Of a stretch of DNA of 64,000 nucleotides, positions 32,758-43,618 are shown piece by piece. Both the position numbers and the translations under genes were made by a program. Source of the stretch: an uncultured Alphaproteobacteria bacterium (lineage in GTDB: Bacteria > Pseudomonadota > Alphaproteobacteria > Rhizobiales > Rhodomicrobiaceae); NCBI GenBank assembly GCA_963723755.1, contig CAVRSS010000102.1:377-64376 (forward strand), in the 5' to 3' direction. Under the pieces are notes generated by a model. It saw nothing but the letters and a program-made list of their open reading frames with translations. It made no database searches and was not told the origin of the DNA. Position 1 is the stretch's first letter. Each line of letters begins with the position of its first letter.

Positions 32758-32982
32758 ATGCAGTCTACCTTATATAATGCGAAGCTCTGGCTCGGTCATG
32801 CCGAGCAGGTCCGTACCCTCAGCAAGGCGGTCACCGATCCCCGGACGAAGCAGCACATGCTAAATGTCGCGGCCGGTTTCGATCGCATCGCCCATCTCGC
32901 GACCCAGTTGAGGTCCACGAACGGCAGAAGCCCTCAAAACGAGCATCGCCTGATGAGCCGTCCGGTGCGAACCGCTGCTTGA
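32758..32982 (+). CDS. Small helical hypothetical protein
   Basis: WLGHAEQVRTLSKAVTDPRTKQHMLNVAAGFDRIA resembles a common Rhizobiales small-protein pattern. Confidence 0.6.
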   Translation: MQSTLYNAKLWLGHAEQVRTLSKAVTDPRTKQHMLNVAAGFDRIAHLATQLRSTNGRSPQNEHRLMSRPVRTAA

Positions 32983-33181
32983 AGAGCGCGTATCCTCCGG
33001 AAACACCGGCGGTCGAGGTGCATAAACCGCGCGCCTCGCTGCTGTTGTCACGCCGCCCATGATTCCACCAAGCACCGCGCACCCCTGCCTCATTTCTAGC
33101 CATGCGGGCTCAAGATTCGCTTGGCCCGTCTTGGCGACTGCGGCAAAAAGTGCCATCCTTGTGTCTTAGGAGGATACTGCC

Positions 33182-33397
33182 ATGTCGGAAAGCGTGTACA
33201 AGGTCGTCGAACTCATCGGGACCAGCACTGACTCATGGGAGAAGGCGGCGGCCGCCGCCGTTGAGCGGGCGGGCCAAAGCTTGCGGGATCTTCGTGTCGC
33301 GGAGGTTGTGCAACTCGATCTCGTGATCGAAGAAGGCAAAGTTTCGGCCTACCGGGCGAAATTGAAGGTTTCCTTCAAATTCGAGGGCAAGGACTGA
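33182..33397 (+). CDS. Dodecin family protein
   Basis: SVYKVVELIGTSTDSWEKAA...YRAKLKVSFK; AGGAGG RBS. Confidence 0.9.
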   Translation: MSESVYKVVELIGTSTDSWEKAAAAAVERAGQSLRDLRVAEVVQLDLVIEEGKVSAYRAKLKVSFKFEGKD

Positions 33398-33432
33398 CCC
33401 TCCGCCGGTGGCGGCAAGCAAACAACCGGGCC

Positions 33433-34089
33433 AGTAAATATCCCCCGGCAAAGCCGGGGGCTTTATTGGTGTGAGCCGCTCAAAGCGGCTAAATGGGGAC
33501 GCTGACGCGGCCCCGAATGGTCGGCGCCACAAAGTGGCAGATCAACGCCAGAGGTTCATCTGCTCCAGCCTTTGATCCTCCTTCTCCTGGTTCTTGATGT
33601 AATCCCGGATCACCGTTTCGTCCCGCCCGACGGTCGAGACAAAGTAACCCCGAGCCCAGAAATGCTGTCCCACATAATTCCGTCGCCGCTCACCATAAAC
33701 GCGGGCCAAATGGATGGCGCTCTTGCCTTTGATGTATCCGATCACCTGTGAAACGGCATATTTCGGTGGGATCGAAATCATCATATGCACATGATCCACC
33801 ATCAAATGCCCCTCTTCGATCCGGCTTTCTTTCTGTGCTGCAAGGTTTCGGAAAATCTCGCCCAAATGCGCCCGCAGCTGACCGTAAAGAACCTTGCGGC
33901 GGTATTTGGGAATGAAAACGATGTGATATTTGCAGTCCCACTTCGTGTGACTTAAGCTCTCGAACTCGTCCATCGCGATTTGACCTTTCGTGCGCGTGGT
34001 GGCTCACGAAACGAAAGTCGCGGTGGACTGCCGGAAACGTCAAACTGCTCAGGCCTCCCCGGCAAAGCCGGGGGATCTCCCATACGGTT
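33433..34089 (-). mobile_element. IS200-type element (tnpA only)
   Basis: Subterminal hairpins CCCCGGC-AAA-GCCGGGG at 33442-33460 and 34057-34073 flank tnpA; ends approximate. Confidence 0.85.
33542..33973 (-). CDS. tnpA: IS200/IS605 family HUH transposase
   Basis: YHIVFIPKYRR, DHVH (HUH), FWARGYFVSTVG, YIKNQ. Confidence 0.95.
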   Translation of the reverse strand: MDEFESLSHTKWDCKYHIVFIPKYRRKVLYGQLRAHLGEIFRNLAAQKESRIEEGHLMVDHVHMMISIPPKYAVSQVIGYIKGKSAIHLARVYGERRRNYVGQHFWARGYFVSTVGRDETVIRDYIKNQEKEDQRLEQMNLWR

Positions 34090-34093
34090 TAAA

Positions 34094-34173
34094 GTCATGG
34101 CCGGGCCTGACCCGGCCATCAACGACCGCTCGCATGAGCATCCATGGATGGCCGCATCAAGTGCGGCCATGAC
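34094..34173. repeat. REP-like doublet of a different family
   Basis: GTCATGGCCGGGCCTGACCCGGCCATC ... GATGGCCGCATCAAGTGCGGCCATGAC; inverted pair, each half a hairpin. Confidence 0.8.
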
Positions 34174-34194
34174 AATTTCCGGCTAATCTTATGC

Positions 34195-34220
34195 AAAAAG
34201 TCCCGCGAATGGGCGGGACC
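34195..34220 (-). terminator. Intrinsic terminator of nlpD/dipM
   Basis: Minus strand GTCCCGC-CCATTC-GCGGGAC-TTTTT. Confidence 0.7.
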
Positions 34221-34263
34221 TTCTCAGCCTTGGAGGGAAGGTACTCCCTCCCATCCTTCGATC

Positions 34264-35995
34264 CTATGACCCGAGCAGCGGTGATGGGTCCACAGGCTTC
34301 GCGTTCTTTCGGATCTCGAAGTGGAGCTGCGGCTGGTTCGCATCCCCCGTCACGCCGGCCGTTCCTATGGTCTGACCGCGCTTCACCACGTCGCACTTCT
34401 TGACCATGATCTCGTCCGCATGGGCGTAGGCTGTGACGTACTCCTCGGCGTGCCGGATCAGGATGAGGTTGCCGAAGCCCGGCAGTTCATCGCCGACATA
34501 GGCAACGACGCCATTCTCCGCAGCCTTGATGGGCGTGCCCTTAGGAACCGAGATCGTCAAGCCCTCGTTCACGGTGCCATCGCGCTGCGGGCCGAACTGC
34601 CCGATAACGAGGCCCTCCACAGGCTTGCGGAATGTCTTGCCCATGCGAGGCAGCGGATTGGCGAGTGCCGCCTCGCAAGTTGGCTCGGTCTGTTTTGTCG
34701 TCGTCATCTTGACTTCTGTTGACGGCTTCACCTGCTGGGCTTCCTGCAGCGTCCCTTCGGAGTTCGGAGGCAGGCGCGGCGGAAGCTGAAGCGTGGCCTG
34801 GGCGTGGAACTGGCCGGTTTTGCGGCGTGGCTGCCGCCATGGCCTGCTTCGGCGCCGTCTGACCTGGAATCGCAATGGACTGTCCGGCCCTGAGCGCGCG
34901 CGCATCGGGCAAGTTGTTCGCCGCAAGAATTTGCTGCTCCGTCAAGCCATGAGCGCGTGCGATGGCCCCAACGGTTTCGCCTCTCTGCACCGTGTAGCAT
35001 TGGCCGCCTGTGCACTCGGCGACCTTTGCCCTGGGCGGCATCGGCGCTTGTCCATACTGCGTCGGCGCAGCGGCTGCCGGGATCACAAGCATGGTGCCGG
35101 GCATGACAGGGCCACCACGAAGCCCGTTCGCGCGCGCGATCGCCTCGACAGTCACGCCGTGCCGCTTGGCGAGAGAAAGAATCGTTTCGCCCGACGCAAG
35201 CCTGACCATTTTTCCGCGCGACGCATCTGCAACGGCAGGGCCGGAGGGCCTCGCCCTTCTCCTGCCGTCCACGGGCGCTGTGTTCCCCTGATTAGGTCCG
35301 TAATACGCATAGTCCTGCGGCGCCCGATCGTAGCCTTTCGGCGCGCGATCATATCCGCGGCCCTTTTGCTGGTTCTGCGACTGCTGTTCGTAGCCATAAG
35401 GCCCACTTCCCTGATCCTGCGGGGGAGGCGGAGGCGCGTAGCTGCTCGAACCGCCGCCGTAATAGCCCTGGGGCTGTGGGCTGTAATCATTGGGGGGTGG
35501 AGCGTAGGCCGGTGGTGGCGGCGGCGGAGGCGGTGCATAGCCATTTTGGCCGCCGTAGGGCGAGTAGACGCGCGGCCCCGCGTAGGTCCCATCGGAAAGA
35601 GGGGCAGGGCCGTAGGGGCCATAGCCGTCTGCCGTCTTCACTCCGGAAGACGCGGAAGACTGCTGCTGAACAGGGGGAAGGTCAACCCGGGAAACTTGCA
35701 GATATCCGCCCGGCTGGTCGGGGGTAGCGCTCGCCAGCTGATAGCCGCTTTGCGGCTTCGGTTGAGAACTCGCTGTTACTCGAACGGGGTGGTATTGGGG
35801 AGCGTTGATGGCAGCCGTTGACGCCGGCGTGGAAGAACGAGGAGGCGCCGCCTCATACCCGCTTCCTAACTCAAAATTGGTAAATCGCTCCGTCCCGGCG
35901 CTGCATCCCCCCAAAAGTACGCAACCCAAACTAATCTTTACAGCTGCGCGGACAACTCCGGGCCCGCGCTTGCCCGCCGCATGCACACTACTCAT
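34264..35995 (-). CDS. nlpD: LysM + M23 peptidase lipoprotein, NlpD/DipM-like (apparent indel near 34800)
   Basis: LLGGC lipobox, Pro/Tyr/Gly-rich region, two LysM, NEGL...AAENGVVAY, LHFEIR; follows surE-pcm. Confidence 0.85.
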
Positions 35996-36037
35996 CGCCG
36001 CACCTCACTTTGCATAAATGTATTAGCGGCGGAACGC

Positions 36038-36052
36038 TTAATATTAACTTAA
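36038..36052. promoter_or_regulatory. CtrA-binding box
   Basis: Perfect TTAA-N7-TTAA (TTAA TATTAAC TTAA) about 45 bp upstream of the nlpD/dipM start. Confidence 0.6.
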
Positions 36053-36091
36053 ACGCTTCCTATTTTTTCACGATGCGGGCGCACAGGCTTG

Positions 36092-36718
36092 TCAATAATC
36101 GCGGGGCACGAGCGGAACAAACTGAACCGGGATTAAAGTTTGGTACTCTAAATGTCCGTTCATTCGCGTGACGAGCGTGATCCGTTGATCGTAGCGGGGG
36201 CCGAGGGGAAGAAGCATGGCGCCGCACGGCGAAAGCTGATCGAGAAGGGCGGCAGGCGCCTGCCTCGTTCCGGCAGTGACGATGATGCGATCGAAAAGCC
36301 TCTCGTCGGGCCATCCCTTTGTGCCGTCGCCGAGGATTGCCGTGATATTGCGGATCGCGAGCCGCTCGAACCGCTGTACCGCCAGATCGTGCAGTTCCCG
36401 ATAGCGTTCCATGGTGAAAACGTGACGCGCCAGCCGCGAAAGGATCGCGGTCTGGTAACCTGAGCCCGTTCCGATTTCGAGGACATCCTGATCGAGCGCG
36501 ACGTTCAGCCGCTCGCTCATATAGGCAACGATGTAGGGCTGCGAAATCGTCTGATCGCATTCGATCGGCAGAGCTTGGTCCGCATAGGCCTGCGCCTTGA
36601 GGGCATCTTCGGAAATGAAAAGCTCTCGCGGAATGCTGGCAATGGCGCTCAGCACGCGCGGGTCACCGATCCCGTTGTGTTGCAGGCTGTATAAAAGATC
36701 GTGCAGCGCTGGGTCCAT
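36092..36718 (-). CDS. pcm: Protein-L-isoaspartate O-methyltransferase
   Basis: QTISQPYIVA, VLEIGTGSGY, FDRIIVTA, FVPLV. Confidence 0.93.
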   Translation of the reverse strand: MDPALHDLLYSLQHNGIGDPRVLSAIASIPRELFISEDALKAQAYADQALPIECDQTISQPYIVAYMSERLNVALDQDVLEIGTGSGYQTAILSRLARHVFTMERYRELHDLAVQRFERLAIRNITAILGDGTKGWPDERLFDRIIVTAGTRQAPAALLDQLSPCGAMLLPLGPRYDQRITLVTRMNGHLEYQTLIPVQFVPLVPRDY

Positions 36719-36759
36719 GAGCACCACTCCCGGAGCGGTGCGTGCAAGCCCCGCTCCTC

Positions 36760-37524
36760 CTACGCCTCCAGAAGCGCTGTCAGCTTCCGGCACGTATCAC
36801 TATGCGTTAAGTTCAGATAAAGAGGCGTTACCGATATCGCGCCCGATTTGACCGCGTGAAGATCGGTACCCTTGCCGGGGTGCAGCGATCGCGGTTTGAA
36901 CCCGAGCCAGTAATAGGGGTTGCCCCGCGTGTCCATGCGGTCTTCGATACGCAAGTAATCCTGGTCGCGCCTGCCTTGTTCTGTAACCTGAATACCCTGG
37001 ACTTTACCTGGTTCCCTGTCCGGAAAATTGACGTTCATCAAGACATCGCGGGGCCAGCCAGCTTTCATAAGCTTGCGGACAAGATCGGCGCCCAGTTCCA
37101 TCGGTGTTTCCCAATGGATCTTCTTCGGGTCTTCCCAATCGATGGCAAGGCTCATGGCGATGGAGGGGATGCCGAGCATGGCGCCCTCGATCGCGCCCGC
37201 GATCGTGCCGGAATAGGTGACGTCGTCGGCAAGGTTCGCCCCGCGGTTGACGCCGGACAGGATGAGGGTCGGGAGTTCATCCTGAAGAATGTAGCGTGCG
37301 CCCATGATCACGCAGTCGGTGGGCGTGCCCTTGACCGCGAACACGCGCTCCGAGAGCTTTCGCAGCCGCAGCGGCTCGTGAAGCGTCAGCGAGTGCGCCG
37401 AGCCGCTCTGGTCTGTTTCGGGCGCGACCACCCAGACATCTTTCGAGAGGTCGGACGCAATCTTTTGCAGGACATCCAGGCCGGGCGCCTCGATGCCGTC
37501 GTCGTTCGTAATGAGAATTCGCAT
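36760..37524 (-). CDS. surE: 5'/3'-nucleotidase SurE
   Basis: MRILITNDDGI, GTPTDC, SGVNRGAN, YSGT. Confidence 0.96.
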   Translation of the reverse strand: MRILITNDDGIEAPGLDVLQKIASDLSKDVWVVAPETDQSGSAHSLTLHEPLRLRKLSERVFAVKGTPTDCVIMGARYILQDELPTLILSGVNRGANLADDVTYSGTIAGAIEGAMLGIPSIAMSLAIDWEDPKKIHWETPMELGADLVRKLMKAGWPRDVLMNVNFPDREPGKVQGIQVTEQGRRDQDYLRIEDRMDTRGNPYYWLGFKPRSLHPGKGTDLHAVKSGAISVTPLYLNLTHSDTCRKLTALLEA

Positions 37525-37667
37525 GCAGGCTTTGTACGCTATGCAATACCCTTCGTCAAAAAACGCTGCTGGCGTTATCGGGAAGTCGGTTGAAACGTGT
37601 GTTCTTGTATGATCCCGGATTTTCCGACAGCTGACATCCTATCGCCGGGGTGCGCGCACGGGCCGCG

Positions 37668-37973
37668 TTATTCGCCGTCGATCGCCTCGGCCTTTGCGGG
37701 ATCGCCCGAAGTCAACTCGGAGTAAAGCGCTTTGGCCTCGTCAGGCGGCCCGCGACGGCGCGCAAGAGCCAGGATCTCGATAACGCGGACCTTGCCATGG
37801 AAACTCGCCGTTAAAACGTCACCGGATTTCACGCATGTTGCGGCCTTGACGATGCGTTGACGGTTAACGCGGACACAGCCTTCCTCGATAAGCTTCGCGG
37901 CAAGGTTGCGCGATTTTACAAATCGCGCATACCAAAGCCACTTATCGAGGCGCTGCTCCTCCGATGCGTGCAA
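37668..37973 (-). CDS. S4-domain RNA-binding protein (Hsp15-like)
   Basis: RLDKWLWYARFVKSR...RRGP..EA..LY. Confidence 0.9.
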   Translation of the reverse strand: MHASEEQRLDKWLWYARFVKSRNLAAKLIEEGCVRVNRQRIVKAATCVKSGDVLTASFHGKVRVIEILALARRRGPPDEAKALYSELTSGDPAKAEAIDGE

Positions 37974-37976
37974 ATT

Positions 37977-40900
37977 CTAGTCCTGTGTCTGCAGTTGCTT
38001 CTCGAGCCGCTCCTTTAGCTTGCTGAGAGCCGCGAAAGGTGAATCGGGGTCTACACTGCCGGATGCGCGTTTCGGCGAGGCGCTTGCTGCGACGGGCGAC
38101 CTGCCGCCCTGCTGGCGCGGGGGCCGCGAGTCGCGGTTGCGATCATTCGGGCGTTCGCGGTTCCCCTGATACGGCGGTTTGCTGCGCTGCTGCGAATTGC
38201 CGGCTGGCCTTTGCTCGGAGCCCTCCGCCTTGGCAGTCGCAGCTTGAGGCGCGGGCTGGCGGCCCCTGTCGCGATTCCGATCGCCATCGTGAGGCTTATG
38301 ATGGGGCCGGTCGGGCCGGTCGTTGTGCCGGTTAGGCCTTTGCCCATGGTCACGATGCCCGGTGGCCGCCTGATCTTGCGGCTGCCGCTCAGCAGGCGGC
38401 TGGATCTGTTCGCCCGTTGGTGCAGCGGCCATTGGCGCAGCATTAGGCGCACGCCCGCGGTCATGATGAGGCCTGTGCCCGCCGCCGCGCTCGCCGCTCG
38501 GACGGCGGTGATTGCGCCTTTCGCCCTGGCCCTCGGGCCGGTCAAACCTGGGCTTCGGTCTGCGGAAACGCCAGATCTCTTCGAATTCCGGCTCGGCGCT
38601 CTGGGCCGCGGCACTTTCTGCGGTCTGTGGCGTTGCGGCGTCTGGCGTCAGCGCAGCGGGCTCTGTTGAAGCGTCCGCCTCAGCTGGGACTCTGCCCCGG
38701 CGGCCTCGACATCAACCGCAGCAACAGTAAGCTCCGCAGCTTCAGCCGCAGCAACAAGAGGCTCCGAAGCTTCAACCGCAGCAACAGGAGGCTCCGCAGC
38801 ATCAACCGTAGCAACAAGAGGCTCCGCAGCTTCAGCCGCAACAACGGGCGGCTCCGAAGTTTCAACCGCAGCAACAAGTGGCTCCGCAGCATCAGCCGTA
38901 GCAACGGGAGGCTCCGCAGCGCCGCCGCTTTCCACCTCCTCTGAAGTTTCGGGTGTGAGGGCAGCCTCGGTATGGGCCGCCGCGTCCACAGCTTGCGTCT
39001 CCGTTGCAATCCGAGACGCCTCCGGCTCCTCAGCGCCGTTCAGCTCGGACGCTTGCTCGACATTGTCATTGGCCGCCTTCTTGTCTTTTGCTTCCGCCGT
39101 GGACCGTCTAATGGGGCGCATTTCCCGGCGGAATCCGAGAGACTTCCAGGATCGCGCTCAACTCATCGCCGGAGCATCCCATGATGGACATCATCTCCGG
39201 CCTGATCTTGAAGGCCCCGCCTCCAGCCGCGCCGAGTGGCGGCTCGGTGTTGGCTTCCGTGGGCTTCCATGCTGTCAACGGACGAATGATGTCCGCAAGT
39301 CTCTCCAGCATATCCACGCGCACGGCGCGCGGGCCGGACACGCCGAACCCGGCTGCGCGATAGTACGCGTCGGGGAGTGCCGCATTGCGAGGCACGGATG
39401 TGAGGCCCTGGCGCGGCGCGTCCGACATTGCGGCGGCTGTGAGAGTGTGCTCGCTCCCATGCTTCAAAAGCCAAAACAGCAAAAGGAGATCCGCAGACGC
39501 CGGTTTCAAAAGCAGCGGGAAGTAAATGTGATGCGCGCCGAAACGCACGCCATATTTCCTGAGCTGAGCACGGCTGTCCTGATCCAGAGACTTGATCTCG
39601 TCGGCGACCGTGTCGCGCTTCAGAACGCCGAAATTCTCGCGCAGGCGGAAGGCGATGCCGCGCGCGAGGCCGGCGATTTCTTCGGCCTTCGCAATCTCTA
39701 CCAGCGGTTTCAGGCGCACTTCGACGTGATGGCCAAGCCAGGTCTCGATGCGTTTTGTGATGTTTTCCTTGTCGATCGCGGCGAGGTGCTCGTCAGAGAA
39801 GAGCGTAAAATTCGGCTTGAGCGGATCCTCGCCCGCGGTGAGGCCGCCAATCTCCTGGTGCTCCCAGACGATTTGCCCTTCGCGCGTGAGGGTGAAGGCC
39901 GTGTCCGGCGCGGCGGCGAGGCGGTCCGAGCGCGCGGCGAGTTCATGAACGAGCACCTTGGCCGCTGCATTGCGGGCGGCTTTTCCATGAACGCCAGCCG
40001 CCGCCAAATCCGGTGTGAAGCAGAAGCCTTCGAGCTTGCCGACATAATGCTTCTCGACGACAACCTTGCCGTCCTTCTCGATCTCGGCGAACAGGCTCTC
40101 CTTGTCGCGCATGCTTTTCATGAGTACGCTCGTACGCTTATCGACGAAGCGCAGCGTCAATTGCTCATGCAGCGCATCCGAAAGCCGGTCTTCGATTTCC
40201 CTGGTCTTTGCCTGCCAATGGTCGGGGTCTTTCAACCATTCGCGGCGGTTGGAAACGAAGGTCCACGTCCGTATGTGGGCGATGCGGTTCGAGAGCGTGT
40301 CGATATCGCCATCGGTGCGATCGGCTTGCTCGACCTGGCTGGCAAACCAGTCCTCGGGGATCAGCCCCTCCTCGCTCATGATATGTTTATAGAGCGTCGC
40401 CACGATCTCTGCATGAGAGTTGAGCGCAACTTTCCTGTAATCGGGAATCTGGCAAACTTCCCAGAGCCGCTTCACCGCGGCAGGGCCGGCGGCGAGGGCC
40501 GCGATGCGAGGATCGCTGCAGGCAAGCTCCAGCGCTTCGAAATCGTCGGCGTTTCTAGCCCGGACAAGACGCGCATTATTCGGCACCTGACGCAGGCTTT
40601 CCTTGAGATGTTCGACGCTGTCGAAATCAAGCTGCGTACTGCGCCATTGAAGAACTTTGACGGGCTCGAAATCGTGATTTTCGAGCTTATTGATGAGTTC
40701 CTGGTCGAAGGGCTCCACGTCGGCCGTGACGCCGAATGTGCCGTCGTTGAGATGCCGCCCGGCGCGGCCCGCGATCTGGGCAAGCTCAGCCGGCGTCAAA
40801 TCGCGATGCACGCGGCCGTCGAACTTGCGGATCCGGCGAACGCGATGTGATCCACATCGAGATTGAGGCCCATGCCGATGGCGTCGGTCGCGACAAGGAA

Positions 40901-41596
40901 ATCCACGTCGCCCGACTGATAGAGCCCAACTTGGGCGTTGCGTGTGCGCGGACTGAGCGCGCCAAGCACAACCGCCGCCCCGCCGCGCTGCCTGCGGATG
41001 AGTTCCGCGATCGCGTACACGTCGTTGGCCGAGAAGGCGACGATCGCCGAGCGGCTTTGCAGGCGCGTGATTTTCTTCTGGCCCGAATAGGTGAGCTTGG
41101 AGAGCCGCGGGCGGTTGATGAAGTTTGCGCCCGGTATCAGTTCGCGGATCGAATCGCTCATGGTCTGAGCGCCGAGCAGCAGCGTTTCGCTTAATCCTCG
41201 CGAATGGAAGAGGCGATCCGTAAAAACGTGGCCGCGATCGGGGTCGGCCGCAAGCTGGATTTCGTCCACCGCGAGGAAATCCACCTCCACATCGCGCGGC
41301 ATCGCCTCGACCGTGCAGACATAATAGCGGGGGTGTTCGGGCTTGATTTTCTCCTCGCCCGTAATCAGCGCGACGTCGCGAGGCCCGATCCGGGCGACGA
41401 TCTTGTCATAGATTTCACGCGCGAGGAGCCGCAGCGGCAACCCGATAAGCCCGCTCTCGTGCCCGAGCATTCGCTCGATCGCGAGGTGGGTCTTGCCTGT
41501 ATTCGTCGGCCCCAGCACCGCCGTCACATGCCGGGACTGGGATGGCCTTATTGTAGCCGTCTGCGATGCTGCGCTCATAAGCGGACTTTCTGTCAA
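37977..41596 (-). CDS. SUV3-like SF2 helicase with long disordered C-terminus (several apparent indels)
   Basis: LGPTNTGKT, PLRLLARE, DEIQ, ATDAIGMGLN, QIAGRAGR, RVDMLERL, DPDSPFAAL. Confidence 0.88.
38712..38922 (-). repeat. Coding tandem repeat, 30-bp unit, about 7 copies
   Basis: GCAACAAGAGGCTCCGCAGCTTCAGCCGCA variants encoding AEP(P/L)VAA(V/A)(E/D)A. Confidence 0.85.
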
Positions 41597-41745
41597 AACC
41601 GCACGCTTCGTCCAATTCTTTCAGGCTTTAGCGCGGAAATCATACGAAGAGGTGCGCCTGCGGAAATAGAGCGAGCACGTCTCCCAAAATTCAAGACCGC
41701 TCAGCGTCTTAGTCTCTCGCAATAGAGCCTCGATTGTTCCCCTCT

Positions 41746-43425
41746 TCACTCGGCGAGCGCGTGGCGCCCCGCTGGTGTCTGCACATCGAATTTCGCCGTC
41801 ACCATGGATGCCGTACCCGCAGGCGTCGGCACGTGAACGTAATACGGTACTAATAACCCCGCTTCTGGCACTGGGACAAGCCAAACTTCAATCCCTGTGT
41901 TCCCAGATGCAACCTCGTTTTCGCCTTGCTTTCCCATTTTGTGCCCGGCGATTGGCACGAAGCGTACGCTACAAACATAGGCGGTTCCGCCCAGTTTGCC
42001 AGAAGAACCGACGTTGCGCGTTCCTTTTGGGGATAAGACCAGATCGTAGCGGATTTTCCCATCAAAAATCGGAAGGCGCTTATTGCAGGGTTCGCCGCGA
42101 TTCAACCTCGCTTGCGACAGAAGCACAATCGCGCTGAGCGGATCGACAACATTCTGTAAATGAGCCGCCGTTATAGGGACGTGACGCGCGCTGGTAAATT
42201 GAGGAGGGTTTACAAGGATGTCCTGAACCATCCGTTTCTGGAACCGGAGTTCGACGCTTTCCCGCCTGTCGCTTGTCGCATATTTGAACGTGTAGTTCTG
42301 TGGAACGGGGCCGTTCGCCGTCATCAGCCCCGAGCTTGTGGTAGCGCCCTGCCAGCTGAAAGTTCCGAAGAATACGCTCAGGTCGGCGGTTGCCTGCAAA
42401 GAATATTGCCGCGTCGTAATCGAGGACTTGATTCTGAAATCGCCGATATGGGCGCCAAGCCAGCTGATTTGATAGACGGCGTCCACCGTGGAGGCGCGCA
42501 CGGCAAGGTCGCCGGCTTCCTCGGGCTTGAGATTGGGATTGAGGTCTTTCGGCTTTTCGGCCCTGGTTTCTTTTGGTTCGGCTGGTTTCGCGGGTTTGCT
42601 TGGTTCCGTTTGCTTTACGGGCGCAGGCTTGGACTCCGCGACCGGCGCCTGAGGCTTCACCTCTTTAGGCTCTTCCGCGGCCTTCTCAGGCTTCGCTTTC
42701 GGCTTCTCTTCCGCGGCCTTTTCAGGCTTCGCCTTTGGCGTCTCCTCTACGGCCTTTTCAGGCTTCGCCTTCGGCGTCTCTTTCACGGCCTTTTCAGGCT
42801 TCGCCTTGGGCGTCTCTTCCACGGCCTTTTCAGGCTTCGCCTTGGGCGTCTCTTCCACGGCCTTTTCAGGCTTCGCCTTTGGCGTCTCCTCTACGGCCTT
42901 TTCAGGCTTCGCCTTCGGCGTCTCCTCTACGGCCTTTTCAGGCTTCGCCTTCGGCGTCTCTTCCGCGGCCTTCTCAGGCTTCGCCTTGGGCGTCTCTTCC
43001 ACGGCCTTCTCAGGCTTCACCTTGGGCGTCTCTTCCACGGCCTTTTCAGGCTTCACCTTGGGCGTCTCTTCCGCGGCCTTCTCAGGCTTCACCTTGGGCG
43101 TCTCTTCCACGGCCTTTTCAGGCTTCACCTTGGGTGTCTCTTCCACGGCCTTGTCAGGCTTCGCCTTCGGCGTCTCTTCCGCAGCCTTTTTAGGCTTCGC
43201 CTTCAGCGTCTCCTCCGCCGGCTTGCTTTCCTCGGGAGTTTTTTTGCTGTCCTCGGGCGCTTTTGCGGCAGGCTTCATCGCATCGGAGGTTGGGGCGCTC
43301 GACGTGACGTCGTCGCCTTCGCCATGAGCGCGGGGAGCATAAAGACCGGCTGAAAGCGTCAGTGAAAGGAAAATTGCAGCAACGGGATTGACCCAGTTGC
43401 CGCAAAGCAACGGAGGCTTAGCCAT
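41746..43425 (-). CDS. Exported DUF3108-domain protein with long Lys/Glu/Pro repeat region
   Basis: Signal peptide; VVDPLSA, LPIFDGKIRYDL, FVPIAGH, IEVWL. Confidence 0.8.
   Translation of the reverse strand: MAKPPLLCGNWVNPVAAIFLSLTLSAGLYAPRAHGEGDDVTSSAPTSDAMKPAAKAPEDSKKTPEESKPAEETLKAKPKKAAEETPKAKPDKAVEETPKVKPEKAVEETPKVKPEKAAEETPKVKPEKAVEETPKVKPEKAVEETPKAKPEKAAEETPKAKPEKAVEETPKAKPEKAVEETPKAKPEKAVEETPKAKPEKAVEETPKAKPEKAVKETPKAKPEKAVEETPKAKPEKAAEEKPKAKPEKAAEEPKEVKPQAPVAESKPAPVKQTEPSKPAKPAEPKETRAEKPKDLNPNLKPEEAGDLAVRASTVDAVYQISWLGAHIGDFRIKSSITTRQYSLQATADLSVFFGTFSWQGATTSSGLMTANGPVPQNYTFKYATSDRRESVELRFQKRMVQDILVNPPQFTSARHVPITAAHLQNVVDPLSAIVLLSQARLNRGEPCNKRLPIFDGKIRYDLVLSPKGTRNVGSSGKLGGTAYVCSVRFVPIAGHKMGKQGENEVASGNTGIEVWLVPVPEAGLLVPYYVHVPTPAGTASMVTAKFDVQTPAGRHALAE
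42658..43200 (-). repeat. Coding tandem repeat, 36-bp unit, about 15 copies
   Basis: KPEKA(V/A)EETPK(A/V), in frame throughout. Confidence 0.95.
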
Positions 43426-43618
43426 CAGCGAGGATCTTCCTTTCGCAGCCCGAACGTGTCACTGACTTGCCGGTAGAGGCGGATTTCGTCAATTATGTGT
43501 TACGAATGTCACGCAGGACGAAGCGGCGAACGCGATTAACAAGCACTCCGATTTTGTGAATATCGTGAATTTATTAAAAAACTACCGCAATCGGCCTCAC
43601 GATCAGCCTCAGGGCACG

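Noticed and set aside
33542-33973. RAYT or TnpB/IscB-associated system
   Set aside because: Protein is a typical IS200 TnpA with its own subterminal hairpins; there is no tnpB and no room for one.
38955-40850. Long alternative ORFs such as 38955-40850, 16338-17894, 42160-43353, 62480-63679
   Set aside because: Antisense shadows of real genes in GC-rich DNA, with no motifs.
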